Sequence record: SRR22947725_330
Direction: 5' to 3' (one strand)
Length of the DNA: 64,000 nucleotides
The notes under the pieces are model-generated. The model had not been told where the DNA came from, made no database searches, and saw nothing but the letters and a program-made list of their open reading frames with translations. Made by a program: the position numbers and the translations under genes. Position 1 is the stretch's first letter. Each line of letters begins with the position of its first letter. Of the stretch, positions 17,624 through 28,473 are shown one piece after another.

Positions 17624-19069
17624 ATGAAGCAACCGAACATCCTTTTCATCATGAGCGACGATCACGCCGCGCATGCGATTTCGGCGTATGGGTCGAGCAT
17701 CAACGAAACGCCGAATCTTGACCGCATTGCTGCGGACGGGATGCGGCTGAACGCGTGCTTTTGCACCAACTCGATCTGCACGCCGAGTCGCGCTTCAATC
17801 CTGACCGGCACCTACAACCATGTGAACGGCGTGACCACGCTCGACACGCATATGGACAACACGCTCGACACGTTCCCGAAGCGACTGCAGGCGGCGGGAT
17901 ACCAGACCGCCATGTTTGGCAAGTGGCACCTCGGCCATGGACCCGAGCACGATCCGACGGGGTTCGATCAGTGGCGCGTTTTGCCTGGACAAGGTCACTA
18001 TCACAACCCTGTGATGTTGGAGCCGAGGAACGATGATCCTGGACACGAGGTGATCGAACGAGGTGGCTACGTCACCGACCTGATCACCGACGACAGCCTG
18101 CGCTGGCTCGATATGCGAGACCCGGATCGGCCGTTTGCGCTGATGTGTCACCACAAGGCGCCGCACCGCACGTGGGAACCGAGCAGCAAACACTTCACGA
18201 TGTACGACGACGTCGACATTCCTGAACCGCGCACGCTCTTGGATGATCACGAGGGCCGCGCCGACGTGGTCAAAGCGATGGAGATGAAGATCATGGACCT
18301 CGATCCGATCATCGACCTCAAGGCACTGGTACCCCCAGGTCTGTCCGAACGAGATGAGATCAGCTGGCGATATCAGCGGTACATCAAGGACTACCTCCGA
18401 GTCATCGCGTCGATCGACGACAACGTCGGGCGGATGCTTGACTGGCTCGACGACAACGGTCTGGCCGACAACACCCTGGTGGTCTACACCTCTGATCAGG
18501 GCTTCTTTCTCGGCGACCACGGATGGTTCGACAAACGCATGATGTACGAAGAATCGCTCGCCATGCCGTTCCTCGCTCGACTTCCCGGGGTCATCCCAGC
18601 TGGCTCGACCAGCGACGCCATGGCCGTCAACGTCGACTTCGCTCCGACGTTCCTCGATCTGGCCGGCGTCGATGTGCCCTCAGAAATGCAGGGCCGCAGC
18701 CTGTTGCCGGTTCTCTCCGATGCCGAGCCCGACGACTGGCCGGAGTCGATGTACTACCGGTACTGGATGCACGGCGACTGGGCGCACAACGTGCCAGCGC
18801 ACTACGGGGTGCGGACCAAGACGCACAAACTGATCGGCTACTACAACGACCCGCTCGGCCAAGCGGGCGCCGAGGGTCCGGTGCAGCCGCCTGAGTGGGA
18901 ACTCTTCGACCTGGTGGCGGACCCGGCAGAGATGCGCAACGTGATCACCGACCCGGCCTACGGCGCCCTCGCTCGTGAACTCCAGATCGAGCTTCGGCGC
19001 CTGCAGACAGAACTCGGCGACGAACCCCACGCCAACGCCGACGCCGAGCTCGATCGGCTGCTGATCTGA
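17624..19069 (+). CDS. Sulfatase (Cys-type, formylglycine-dependent)
   Basis: PNILFIMSDDH, CTPSRASILTG, GKWHLG, SDQG. Confidence 0.93.
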   Translation: MKQPNILFIMSDDHAAHAISAYGSSINETPNLDRIAADGMRLNACFCTNSICTPSRASILTGTYNHVNGVTTLDTHMDNTLDTFPKRLQAAGYQTAMFGKWHLGHGPEHDPTGFDQWRVLPGQGHYHNPVMLEPRNDDPGHEVIERGGYVTDLITDDSLRWLDMRDPDRPFALMCHHKAPHRTWEPSSKHFTMYDDVDIPEPRTLLDDHEGRADVVKAMEMKIMDLDPIIDLKALVPPGLSERDEISWRYQRYIKDYLRVIASIDDNVGRMLDWLDDNGLADNTLVVYTSDQGFFLGDHGWFDKRMMYEESLAMPFLARLPGVIPAGSTSDAMAVNVDFAPTFLDLAGVDVPSEMQGRSLLPVLSDAEPDDWPESMYYRYWMHGDWAHNVPAHYGVRTKTHKLIGYYNDPLGQAGAEGPVQPPEWELFDLVADPAEMRNVITDPAYGALARELQIELRRLQTELGDEPHANADAELDRLLI

Positions 19070-19101
19070 CTCCGCCCGCCGCCTCCAGTCCGAAGTCTGC
19101 C

Positions 19102-20355
19102 GTGGGGTTGGAGCACATGCCCGGGCTGGACGGACTGCGCGGCGTTGCAGTGGCCGCGGTCATCATCTATCACTTTGAGCCGTCGTGGCTCCCCGGCGGC
19201 TTCATCGGCGTCGATGTCTTCTTCGTGTTGTCCGGCTTCCTGATCAGTTCGTTGCTGCTTCGCGAACGGACGGTGACCGGAACGGTGGATGCTGGACGTT
19301 TCTTCGTGCGGAGACTGCTGCGCCTCATCATTTCCGTTTCGGCGGCGGTGGTCAGTTACGCCCTGGTGGAGCGGCCGATCCGCGGCGGAGCGCTCGGACG
19401 GAGATGGGGCCGAGGGGCCGTTGTGCCCGCTGCACTGCCCGCTGCACTGTCCGTTGCGCTGGTGCTTGCCGTCTTCGCACGATCGACCGCTGTGCCTGCG
19501 TCGTCTGCGGTCACGCTGCAGGCAGATGCCCCCGGGTCAACGTTCGAGCCGTCCAGTCTCCCTGAGACGACAGACCCACCTGTTCGCGGTACCGCCGTCT
19601 CAGATGACGGCATCGCGCCTGCGACGACTGCTGCCCCACGTCCAGTCAAGTTTGCTGTGCTCGGCGATTCGGTCGTGCACACGATTATCGGTGGCGAGGT
19701 CAGCGCCGTCGGTCTGCAGTTCACACAATGGACACCGGAGCAGACCACGTTCGACCCCCAGGTTGTTGAGGTGACGTCGATCGCGAAACCGGCGTGCTCG
19801 TTTCTGCCGGGTGAGATCGCCGTTCTGGAACCGAACGGGTCGTTCAACCACGTATCGCTGGAACGGTTCTGTCAAGGCTGGAGTGCTGAGCTTGATGAGG
19901 CGCTCAATTCCGCTGATGTGTTCGCGGTGCACCTCACGAACGATCTCGAAGACCGGTGGATAGATGACGGTCTGTTCGAGTTCGGCACCCCCGCGTACTT
20001 CGAGCTCCTCGGGTCATTTCTCAACAATTTGCATCTCCGGACGAGAGCGGACAAGGTCCCGATGTTGCTCGTGGCCTCCGCGCCGAGGGGAGAGCCGTCT
20101 TGGAGAGACGACCCCGGGAACCGGGAAGCGATGGTGGCGGCGTTCTACGAGCAGTGGGCATCGGCACGTCCAGACGTGTCGACGGTCGACATGGGCGCCC
20201 TCATCTGTCCGGGAAGTGTCTGCCTCGACGAAGTCGACGGGGTCGAATGGCGGTGGGACGGCCGCCACTACACACGGAACGGAGCGTTGGGTGTTGTCCG
20301 CTGGCTGACCCCGATCATCTTGGAGGCGGCGTTGAACGATCCGCACGCCAGGTGA
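19102..20355 (+). pseudogene. Acyltransferase-3/SGNH fusion (OafA/OatA-like) with a large in-frame internal deletion
   Basis: LDGLRG, GVDVFFVLSGFLI and RRLLRL join directly to SYALVERP. SGNH GDS and DGRHY are retained. Confidence 0.7.
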
Positions 20356-20364
20356 TTGGGTTCG

Positions 20365-21006
20365 TCAGCGCACATCGAGGCGCGTTGCGTTGGCGGTGAC
20401 TTGCTCGGCGACTGCCCGCGGCACGCCGAGCGCTCGGAGCTGTGGCTCGATGAGCGTTGGGTCGTCGCCGACTTCGAGCATGGTCATCGCAAATCGGTGG
20501 GCTCGTCCGAGGGCATCGACATCGATCGTGGAGGTCTGCCATTCGTGGTGCAGTCGCTGGAGATCGTGGGGCATTCTTCGGAGGTGGCGGTGGGCCACAT
20601 CAGGAATACGGCGGCGCACTGCGAGGCCGCCGTCGGGGAGTTGGTGTGCCAGGCCGAACATGACGCAGCGTTGCAGCGCCTTGGTAAACGGCGACGACCG
20701 ACCGGACCTGAAACTCAATCCCATCGCGGCAGCCGTAGAAACGAGGTCGAATGCGAAGCCTTCCGGATGCTGCTGGAGCCCAGCAGCGAGACGCCGGAGC
20801 AACCATGTTGCGGTCGGGCCGAGCACGCCGAGCCAGAACGTTTCGACGTAGCCCGATCGCGGATCGTGTCCGTTGTCGTCGACTAGCGGATCAATCCATT
20901 GGCGGACGTTGATCAGTGCATTGGACTCGACGTCGCTCGACCCAGTTGCGGGTCGGTGATCATCGGCCGGACTCGTGAGACGGCTGATTTCTGAGTGGAG
21001 CGACAC
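20365..21006 (-). CDS. Conserved-looking hypothetical protein
   Basis: GAGG before GTG 21006; coding-like composition; motif DPRSGYVETFWLGVLGPTATWLLRRL. Confidence 0.7.
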   Translation of the reverse strand: MSLHSEISRLTSPADDHRPATGSSDVESNALINVRQWIDPLVDDNGHDPRSGYVETFWLGVLGPTATWLLRRLAAGLQQHPEGFAFDLVSTAAAMGLSFRSGRSSPFTKALQRCVMFGLAHQLPDGGLAVRRRIPDVAHRHLRRMPHDLQRLHHEWQTSTIDVDALGRAHRFAMTMLEVGDDPTLIEPQLRALGVPRAVAEQVTANATRLDVR

Positions 21007-21136
21007 GTCTGGACCTCGCAAATGATCGTGGTGCGCCCGGGACGGCGCCGGTGATGCTGGAGGAAGCCGGTACTCAATCAGTGGGCTCGACCGTGGAACA
21101 AGAGGAAGGTCGCGGTGCAGGAGCGACACTGGCAGC

Positions 21137-22927
21137 ATGATTCGCCGCGTCACTCCTGTTGGTCACGCCCTCGTCGGTCTCAGCGTTGTGGCTATGACGG
21201 CGCTGGCAGGTTTCGGGGTCATTGGTGCCGGTCACCAGGCACTCTTTCGGCCCGAACACTTCGACGCGAAACAGGTCACGGTGCGACCAGAGGGAGTCGA
21301 TGGCATTCGGATCCGTGAAGTCGTCGACATCGACTTCGGACTCACTGAACGTCGCGGCTACCAGCGCGATATCCCAGACGACTTTGGTGCGCCCGTCGAT
21401 ATCGCAGCGTTCTCGCCGGATGCAAACGGCGAGGTGACCAGCAGCAACTTCGGGAGTCGTACTCAGATCCGAATCGGCAACGCCGGTGTCTTTTTCACCG
21501 GCCAGCATCGGTACGAACTCGAGTACACGTTGCCGGCCGCGGACGTGTCGAACGGGGTCCTCGCCGTGGACATCATCGGGACCGACGAGACGTTCACGAC
21601 TGACCGGTTTGAAGTGGTGCTGACCGGGTTCGTGCTCGACAATGTCCGTTGTGACACCGGTGGACTCGGCCAGTTCGGTGGATGCGACTTCACCAGGTCG
21701 GAAAGCGGTGACTACATCGCGGTCATCGAGCCGCTCAATCCAGGTGAGGGCATCACTTTCGGCGGAACGATTGTCGCCACCGCCCCGACCAACTTTGATG
21801 CGGCACCGCCCCTCCCCGAGCGGAATCCGACGGGATTTCGGCCGCTGGGCCTTGCCGTGCTGCCGGCGGGAGTCTTGGCCGCAGTCGGCATGTTTGTGAC
21901 GACTCGTCGCTACGGCAGCAACGAGGTGCACGGTGCTGGTGGAGCAGCCGACGCTGCATTCGGCGACCTCCCGACCCCACGGAACGGTGATCCCATTGCC
22001 GACGTCCCAACGTACCGCGTGCCGGACAGCCGACTTGCAGACCTGGCGACCATTGAGTTCGTCCCGCCCCGCGGCATCGAGCCATGGCAGGCAGCAGCGC
22101 TGTTGACCGAGCGTGTGGACGACGACACGGTGTCCGCGTGGTTCTCGGAGATGATCGCGCGCGATGCGATCGCGGTGGATGACGACGACATGCTCCGTCG
22201 TGGAACCGACGTCTCGCGGCTCAGTGCAATCGACCGGGCACACATCGACCGGATCTTCTCGTCCGGTGACGCCATCGAACTTGGAAAGTACGACCCGAAC
22301 TTCCGCAGCGCGTGGAGTGCAATACGAAGTGAACAACTCCGATTCATCGCCGAGGCCGGATGGTGGACCCGCGGTGCGCCAGGTACACCGACGGTCAGCT
22401 TCGCTGCGCTCACGAGGTTGCTCGTACCGCTCATCTTTATTCTGGTCATCAGCGCGAGCGCGTTGGCGACCGCTGGGCGCAGTTTGCTCACAGCAGTGTC
22501 GCATCCGCTGGTCGCGCTCATACTGAGCGTGCTGGTGGTGACCGCATGCGCGTTCCTTGTGTATCAATCGTTGCTGCCGTCGCGTTCGGCGACGGGTTCT
22601 GCGCTGACCCTGCGGTCGGAGTCATTTCGTCGCTTCCTTGCAGCAAGTGAAGGACGCCATGTCGAGTGGGCGTGGAAGCACGATGTTGTGCGCGAGTACA
22701 GCGCCTGGGCAGTCGCGCTCGGTGCCGCCGATGCATGGAAGCGGGCCATCGAGTCGAGCAATATTCCGCATCCGGAACGCGCGCTGCACGGTCCGCTGTT
22801 CGTGTATAGCTCCGCCGGTTCGTTTCGATCGGCGCGAACCGCGCCGTCGTCCTCGGGAAGCGGCGGCAGCTTCAGTGGTGGCGGAGTCGGCGGCGGCGGT
22901 GGCGGAGGGAGTTCCGGGTCCTGGTGA
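21137..22927 (+). CDS. DUF2207-like membrane protein
   Basis: Signal anchor, extracytoplasmic domain, TM segments, WAVALG and Gly/Ser tail GGGVGGGGGGGSSGSW. Confidence 0.8.
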   Translation: MIRRVTPVGHALVGLSVVAMTALAGFGVIGAGHQALFRPEHFDAKQVTVRPEGVDGIRIREVVDIDFGLTERRGYQRDIPDDFGAPVDIAAFSPDANGEVTSSNFGSRTQIRIGNAGVFFTGQHRYELEYTLPAADVSNGVLAVDIIGTDETFTTDRFEVVLTGFVLDNVRCDTGGLGQFGGCDFTRSESGDYIAVIEPLNPGEGITFGGTIVATAPTNFDAAPPLPERNPTGFRPLGLAVLPAGVLAAVGMFVTTRRYGSNEVHGAGGAADAAFGDLPTPRNGDPIADVPTYRVPDSRLADLATIEFVPPRGIEPWQAAALLTERVDDDTVSAWFSEMIARDAIAVDDDDMLRRGTDVSRLSAIDRAHIDRIFSSGDAIELGKYDPNFRSAWSAIRSEQLRFIAEAGWWTRGAPGTPTVSFAALTRLLVPLIFILVISASALATAGRSLLTAVSHPLVALILSVLVVTACAFLVYQSLLPSRSATGSALTLRSESFRRFLAASEGRHVEWAWKHDVVREYSAWAVALGAADAWKRAIESSNIPHPERALHGPLFVYSSAGSFRSARTAPSSSGSGGSFSGGGVGGGGGGGSSGSW

Positions 22928-23004
22928 CCTCACCCGCGTGACCGGGAATCCTCCGGCCCGCAGGCCATCAGCACGTTGTCGAAGGGTCCGACGTCGTTTG
23001 CAGC

Positions 23005-24231
23005 GTGGATGGCACTATCTTCGCCGCGGTGGCCGACACCCCGGAACCAAACTTCGCTCGTCGCCGCGGTGTTCTTGCCGGTGCTGCTGTCGTCGCTGTG
23101 GGCCTGCTGATCGCCATCGGCGTTGGGCTTGCCAGAGGTGGCAGTACCGACACGCTGACAGATTCACTGCCCTCAACGAGTTCTGCCACAACGAGCCCAA
23201 CGACGACCACGGTGCCGCCGGCAACGACCACGACGACCACCACCACGACCACGACCACGACGACGACCACCACGACGACCACCACGGTGCCGGTCCCAAC
23301 GACCATTCTCGACAACGGCGTCCCGATCTGGGAACCATACGAACCGCTCCCAGCACTTGACGGATTCGCAGCGCTCACTGGCGAACCGGCGGGAACCGAT
23401 GTCTCGAACCGTCCGATCATCGCGGCAAAGATCGATAACTACCCTCGGGCGCGGCCGCAGTGGGGGCTCGAGCAGGCTGACGTTGTCATTGAAGAGAACA
23501 TCGAGGGTGTCACCCGATTCGTCGCGCTGTTCCACTCTCAGCTGCCCGACCGACTGGGACCCGTCCGGTCGGCCCGCACCGGGGACCTCGACATCCTGGC
23601 GCCGATGAACCGGCCGATCCTTGTGTGGTCGGGCGGGAACGGTGGTGTCACGAACTGGGTCGAGTCGGCGGCCCGGTCTGGCGTTCTGGTGAACTTCACG
23701 GCGCAGAAAAGCCCGTGTTACAACCGCAACTCGAGTCGAAGCGCACCGCACAACCTTCAGCTCAACCCTTCGTGCGCTCTCGACAATGCGCCGACGGCAG
23801 GTGCGGCTCGACCGCTTTGGGCAATCGATCCCGCATGGACGCCACCCGCCGACGTCGGAGCGGTACCGACGGCCGCATTCAATGTCGGGATGGACGGGGT
23901 GTCGGTCGATTGGGTCTGGGATGCCGAGTCGTCGAAGTACCTGCGATCGCAGAACGGCAATCGCCACACGGCAGCGTCGGGTACGCAGATCGCCGTCGAC
24001 AACGTCGTCGAACTGCTTGTGTTCCATGCGTCGTCGCCGGTCGATGCCCGCTCGCCGAATCCGATCACGGTCGGCATGGGCGCGGCTGTGGTGCACCGCA
24101 ACGGCGAGAGCATCCCAGGAACCTGGGAACGCACGACTGCGTACGACCCGTTCACGCTACGCGACGCCAACGGGGCAGTCATTCCGCTCAACACCGGAAA
24201 GTCTTTCGTCGAACTCGTCCGCGATCGCTGA
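23005..24231 (+). CDS. DUF3048 (YerB-like) secreted protein with Thr-rich linker
   Basis: AKIDN..ARPQWGL..AD, EGVTRF, GPVRSAR, APHNL. Confidence 0.88.
   Translation: MDGTIFAAVADTPEPNFARRRGVLAGAAVVAVGLLIAIGVGLARGGSTDTLTDSLPSTSSATTSPTTTTVPPATTTTTTTTTTTTTTTTTTTTTVPVPTTILDNGVPIWEPYEPLPALDGFAALTGEPAGTDVSNRPIIAAKIDNYPRARPQWGLEQADVVIEENIEGVTRFVALFHSQLPDRLGPVRSARTGDLDILAPMNRPILVWSGGNGGVTNWVESAARSGVLVNFTAQKSPCYNRNSSRSAPHNLQLNPSCALDNAPTAGAARPLWAIDPAWTPPADVGAVPTAAFNVGMDGVSVDWVWDAESSKYLRSQNGNRHTAASGTQIAVDNVVELLVFHASSPVDARSPNPITVGMGAAVVHRNGESIPGTWERTTAYDPFTLRDANGAVIPLNTGKSFVELVRDR
23224..23286 (+). repeat. Poly-Thr coding repeat (about 21 ACC/ACG codons)
   Basis: Read directly from the sequence. Confidence 0.9.
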
Positions 24232-24296
24232 GCCCGGGCCCGACCTGCGGTCTGAATGCAGCCGACGGAGAAAAAGATCCCGCCGCGACAGATTGA

Positions 24297-25877
24297 TCAG
24301 CCGGCGACGATGGGTTCGAGCGTGAGCTCTGGCTCATTCTGCTCGATGCGCTGCAGGGCGTACTTGTTTTCGAACAGCGCAACCATGTCGCCGCTGAATC
24401 GGGCGAGGATGCGAACGCCCGGCTTCTCGCGCAACTTGTCAGCCGACTCTTTGTCGGTCACTCGGATCGCCTGATACGGGGCCGGTGAAATCTCGATCGG
24501 AGCGTTGAACTCGAACTCGAGTCGGTTGGCAAACACATCGAATTGGAGCTGACCGACTGCTGCCAGCACCGGTGAGGCGTCACCCCAGTCCGGATCCTTC
24601 AGCACCTGGACCACACCCTCTTCGTTGAGCTGCGCGAGGCCCTTGCGGAACTGCTTCGACTTGCCGGTGTCGACCGGACGGGCAGTGGCGAACACCTCGG
24701 GGGCGAACGAGGGGATCGGCGGGAACTTCACCCTGGGGCCGGTCTCGTCGAACAGCGAATCGCCGATGTTGAGGCCGGTGGCGTTGACCAGACCGACAAC
24801 GTCGCCGGGGAACGCCTCGTCGATGGTGGTGCGCTCGGCACCGAACACGGTCGACGCGTACTTCGTGGCAAACGGCTTACCGGTGCGCTCGCAGGTCATG
24901 ACCATGCCACGATCGAACTGGCCCGAGCAGATCCGGGCAAAGGCAATGCGGTCGCGATGGTTCTTGTCCATGTTGGCCTGCACTTTGAACACGAACGCCG
25001 ACACCGGCGAGTCGAGTGGCCGAGGCTCATTGTTGACGTCGAGGCGGGGAGTCGGCGCAGGTGCGAGGTCGACGATGGCGTCGAGCAGGTGCCTGACACC
25101 GAAGTTGGTCAGGGCTGACCCGGCGAACACCGGTGTCGACTCGCCGGCGAGGAACGACGGCATATCGACATCGGCCTCCATTGCGCTCAGCAGTGCGGTC
25201 TCCTCAGCAGCCTTTTCCCACTCCTTGCCTTCTTCGGTCGCAGCGCGTGCGGCCGGGACGTCTTCCTCCGGGGCGATCTGGGACCCACGAGCGGTGCGGG
25301 TGAAACGGGTGAAGATGTCCGTGCGGCGATCGATGACGCCGCGCAAATCACCGAAGGAGCCGACAGGCCATGTCGCCGGCGTCGGGCGGAGACCGATCTG
25401 GGCTTCGATCATGTCGAGGAGTTCGAGTGGCTCGATGCCGGGTCGGTCGAGCTTGTTCAGAAACGTGATGACCGGGAGGTTGCGTGAGCGGCACACCTCG
25501 AACAATTTCAACGTCTGCGGCTCGATGCCTTTCGCCGCATCGAGCACCATCACCACAGCGTCAACAGCAGACAGCACCCGGTAGGTGTCCTCGGAGAAGT
25601 CCCGGTGGCCCGGCGTATCGAGCAGGTTGAGCTCGTGGTCGCGGTACGGGAAGTTCAATGCCGTGGAGGTGATCGAAATGCCGCGCTTCTGCTCCATGTC
25701 CATCCAGTCCGATGTCGCCGACCGGCGACCTTCGTGCGCCTTGACGGCACCGCCTGAGGTGATGGCCCCGGCGTAGAGGAGAAACTTCTCGGTCAGCGTG
25801 GTCTTGCCCGCGTCAGGGTGGCTGATGATGGCAAACGTTCGACGTTTACTCGCTTCATTCACGACCTGGGTAGACAC
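24297..25877 (-). CDS. prfC: Peptide chain release factor 3
   Basis: RRTFAIISHPDAGKTTLTEK, DTPGHRDFSEDTYR, VGQLQFDV. Confidence 0.96.
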   Translation of the reverse strand: MSTQVVNEASKRRTFAIISHPDAGKTTLTEKFLLYAGAITSGGAVKAHEGRRSATSDWMDMEQKRGISITSTALNFPYRDHELNLLDTPGHRDFSEDTYRVLSAVDAVVMVLDAAKGIEPQTLKLFEVCRSRNLPVITFLNKLDRPGIEPLELLDMIEAQIGLRPTPATWPVGSFGDLRGVIDRRTDIFTRFTRTARGSQIAPEEDVPAARAATEEGKEWEKAAEETALLSAMEADVDMPSFLAGESTPVFAGSALTNFGVRHLLDAIVDLAPAPTPRLDVNNEPRPLDSPVSAFVFKVQANMDKNHRDRIAFARICSGQFDRGMVMTCERTGKPFATKYASTVFGAERTTIDEAFPGDVVGLVNATGLNIGDSLFDETGPRVKFPPIPSFAPEVFATARPVDTGKSKQFRKGLAQLNEEGVVQVLKDPDWGDASPVLAAVGQLQFDVFANRLEFEFNAPIEISPAPYQAIRVTDKESADKLREKPGVRILARFSGDMVALFENKYALQRIEQNEPELTLEPIVAG

Positions 25878-25995
25878 GGCGGTTCACGCTACCGACCGCG
25901 CCGCCAATGGGGTCGGGAGCCTTCGTAACTTGCGTGAGGTAGACCTGCGGAGCCAATCGACTGGCTCGATTGCGAAGTGCGAATCGAGGACCGGA

Positions 25996-27429
25996 TCAAC
26001 CGCGGTAGGGCAGGTCGTACTCGGCCAACGTCGCCGGGTCGGAGGGGTCTACGTCGGCGAGCGTGACGGGGTTGTCAACGCGTCCGATGGGGCGTGTTCC
26101 GACGCCGACGATGCCACTGGCTTGCTCGCCCAGGTCGATTCGGCCCGCTTCAACACGCGCAAGCAACTCGGCGACGATGTCGGGGTGATCGTCCGACACG
26201 TCGGTCACCTCGCCAACGTCGCTGGCCAGGTCGTACAGCTCGAATAGCTCGGTCCCGCCTTTGCGGACATGGAGTTTCCAGCGGCCGACGCGTACCGCCT
26301 CGATGTTTGCGCCACCGATGAAGAAGAAACAGCGATCTGCGTCGACAGGCGGGCCGTCGAGACCGATCAACTCTGAGATGTCAGCGCCATCAAGGAGACG
26401 GTCGACAGGAACCGGCGCGCCAGTGAGCCGACCGAGCGTGGGCAAGAGGTCGAGCGCCGAGGTCATCTCGGTGACCCGTGTGCCGGGAGCGATTCGCTCC
26501 GGCCACCGGACCAGACACGGTACGCGCTGGCCGCCCTCCCAGGTGGTGCCCTTCGCTGCTCGGAGCGGAGCGTTGCTACCGGCACCGTCTGGCCCCGGAG
26601 CGAGCGCACCGTTGTCGCTGGTGAAGATGATGAGCGTGTTGTCTGTGAGGCCCTGTCGTTCGAGTTCCTCGACGATGGCTGCCGTCGCCCAGTCGATGCT
26701 GGCAACGGCGGCCCCGTACGCTCCGTTGCGGGACTGCTCCTGGAACTGCTCCTCCACGTAGATCGGGACGTGCACGTACATGTGCGCCAGATACAAGAAG
26801 AACGGAGTGTCGCTGTGCTCGCGAATGAACTGCGTCGACCGTTCCACATAGCGCCGGGTCAGGGATGCCTGGTCAGGCTGACACTCGATGAGTTCGTTGC
26901 CCTCCATGAGGGGAAGCGGGGGCCACTTGAGTTCGAAGTCCATCCCCGCGGCTTGAATGCGCTGGTTCAGTTCGTCAAGCGTTGGCTGGCCGGCGGCTGT
27001 GGCCTGGCGGCCCATGTCGTTGCTGTACGGCAGCCCGAACCATTCGTCGAAGCCATGATTCGTCGGGAGAAATTCAGGTTGATCGCCGCAGTGCCACTTG
27101 CCGACAGCGAGCGTCGCGTATCCGGCGTCACGCAACATCGACGCAATGGTCACCTCGTTGGGGTGCAAACCGACACCCTGTCCGGGGAACAACACGCGCA
27201 TGTTGTTCATCGGTTCACCGCCGAACCCGATTCGTGTCGGGTAACTGCCGGTCAACATCGCTGCTCGGGACGGAGAGCAGACCGGCGAGGCCATGTAGAA
27301 GTCCGTGAAGAGAGCCCCCTCGGCGGCGAGGGTGTCGAGCGCTGGTGTGTCATGGAGCTCGGAGCCGTAGCAGCCGAGGTCGCCGTACCCGAGGTCGTCG
27401 CAGTTGATGAGCACAATGTTGGGAGTCAT
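25996..27429 (-). CDS. Arylsulfatase-like sulfatase
   Basis: [26 protein letters not shown]. Confidence 0.93.
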   Translation of the reverse strand: MTPNIVLINCDDLGYGDLGCYGSELHDTPALDTLAAEGALFTDFYMASPVCSPSRAAMLTGSYPTRIGFGGEPMNNMRVLFPGQGVGLHPNEVTIASMLRDAGYATLAVGKWHCGDQPEFLPTNHGFDEWFGLPYSNDMGRQATAAGQPTLDELNQRIQAAGMDFELKWPPLPLMEGNELIECQPDQASLTRRYVERSTQFIREHSDTPFFLYLAHMYVHVPIYVEEQFQEQSRNGAYGAAVASIDWATAAIVEELERQGLTDNTLIIFTSDNGALAPGPDGAGSNAPLRAAKGTTWEGGQRVPCLVRWPERIAPGTRVTEMTSALDLLPTLGRLTGAPVPVDRLLDGADISELIGLDGPPVDADRCFFFIGGANIEAVRVGRWKLHVRKGGTELFELYDLASDVGEVTDVSDDHPDIVAELLARVEAGRIDLGEQASGIVGVGTRPIGRVDNPVTLADVDPSDPATLAEYDLPYRG

Positions 27430-27582
27430 GGGTTCGCTTTCGAGAACGAGGTCCCGTCGGTTGACGCGCGCGTCGGGACGAATCGATCGTAGAAGGTGCT
27501 CCTCCGACGTCGGCCAGCGGGCCGACCTGCGACCGTCCCGCATGAGTAGTCCTGGAGTGCGCTGATCGGTCAAGATCACTAT

Positions 27583-28365
27583 GTGTCAGTCGAACCCCGC
27601 CACACATCTCCCGAGCTTCCGGTAGGAACCGAAACGGCTCGGAGTCTGATCTCGGCAGCAGAGCGCATCGTTGTGTTGACAGGCGCGGGCATCTCGACGG
27701 ACTCCGGGATCCCCGACTTCCGCGGGCCGAACGGCGTGTGGACGAAGAACCCGGCAGCGGAGAAGGCGTCGAACCTGCAGAACTATCTTGCCGATCCGGA
27801 CTTGCGCAAAGTCGCATGGCAGAACCGACTGACGACACCTGCGTGGACCGCAGAACCCAACCAGGGTCATGCTGCCATTGTCGAGTTCGAGCGCCGTGGT
27901 CAACTCCACGCAGTGGTGACGCAGAACATCGACGGGCTGCATCAGAAGGCAGGTACCGACCCTGACAAGGTGGTCGAAGTGCACGGCACCGTGTGGTTCA
28001 CGCGCTGTTGGGACTGTGCTGATCAACGTCCGATGGCGCAAAGCTTGACCAGGGTGCGTGCGGGCGATGTCGATCCGGCATGTCTGGAGTGTGGCGGGAT
28101 CCTGAAGAGCGACACGATCAGCTTTGGGCAGGCGCTTGTCCCCGAGGTCATCGATCGGGCGCTCCAGGTCAGCGAAGAGTGCGATGTGCTGCTCGCCGTC
28201 GGTTCGACACTCAGCGTCTTTCCGGTGGCCAACTGCGTCCCACGTGCCAAAGCAGCGAATGCTCGAGTCATCATTGTCAACGGTGAGGAGACCCGAATGG
28301 ACCGGTTTGCAGATCACCTGCTTGTTGGCCAGATCGGCGCCGTCCTCCCGGCACTCCTCGCCTGA
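27583..28365 (+). CDS. cobB: SIR2-family NAD-dependent deacylase
   Basis: [25 protein letters not shown], two CxxC zinc motifs. Confidence 0.92.
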   Translation: MSVEPRHTSPELPVGTETARSLISAAERIVVLTGAGISTDSGIPDFRGPNGVWTKNPAAEKASNLQNYLADPDLRKVAWQNRLTTPAWTAEPNQGHAAIVEFERRGQLHAVVTQNIDGLHQKAGTDPDKVVEVHGTVWFTRCWDCADQRPMAQSLTRVRAGDVDPACLECGGILKSDTISFGQALVPEVIDRALQVSEECDVLLAVGSTLSVFPVANCVPRAKAANARVIIVNGEETRMDRFADHLLVGQIGAVLPALLA

Positions 28366-28371
28366 CCTGAT

Positions 28372-28425
28372 CCGTTTGCGTACCCGTGGCATGTCGCCGG
28401 CGACATGCCACCGGCACACAAACGG
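28372..28425. repeat. 54-bp near-perfect palindrome (REP/MITE-like)
   Basis: 27-bp arms with 3 mismatches; perfect 26-bp core GTGGCATGTCGCCGGCGACATGCCAC. Confidence 0.85.
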
Positions 28426-28448
28426 TGGTTGCGGCGCGGTACCCGTTC

Positions 28449-28473
28449 ATTCCCGACCCAACAGGTCAACTAT
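28449..28473. promoter_or_regulatory. Rrf2-family (IscR/CymR-type) operator
   Basis: Reverse strand ATAGTTGAC-N7-GTCGGGAAT resembles IscR type-1 ATASYYGAC-N7-GTCRRSTAT; lies just upstream of -10 TAGGCT (28480-28485). Confidence 0.55.

Noticed and set aside
23224-23286. ACC/ACG repeat as a CRISPR or non-coding array
   Set aside because: In-frame poly-Thr linker with no repeat-spacer structure.
27583-28365. SIR2 as an anti-phage (Thoeris/DSR) effector
   Set aside because: Canonical zinc-binding sirtuin deacylase in a housekeeping context.
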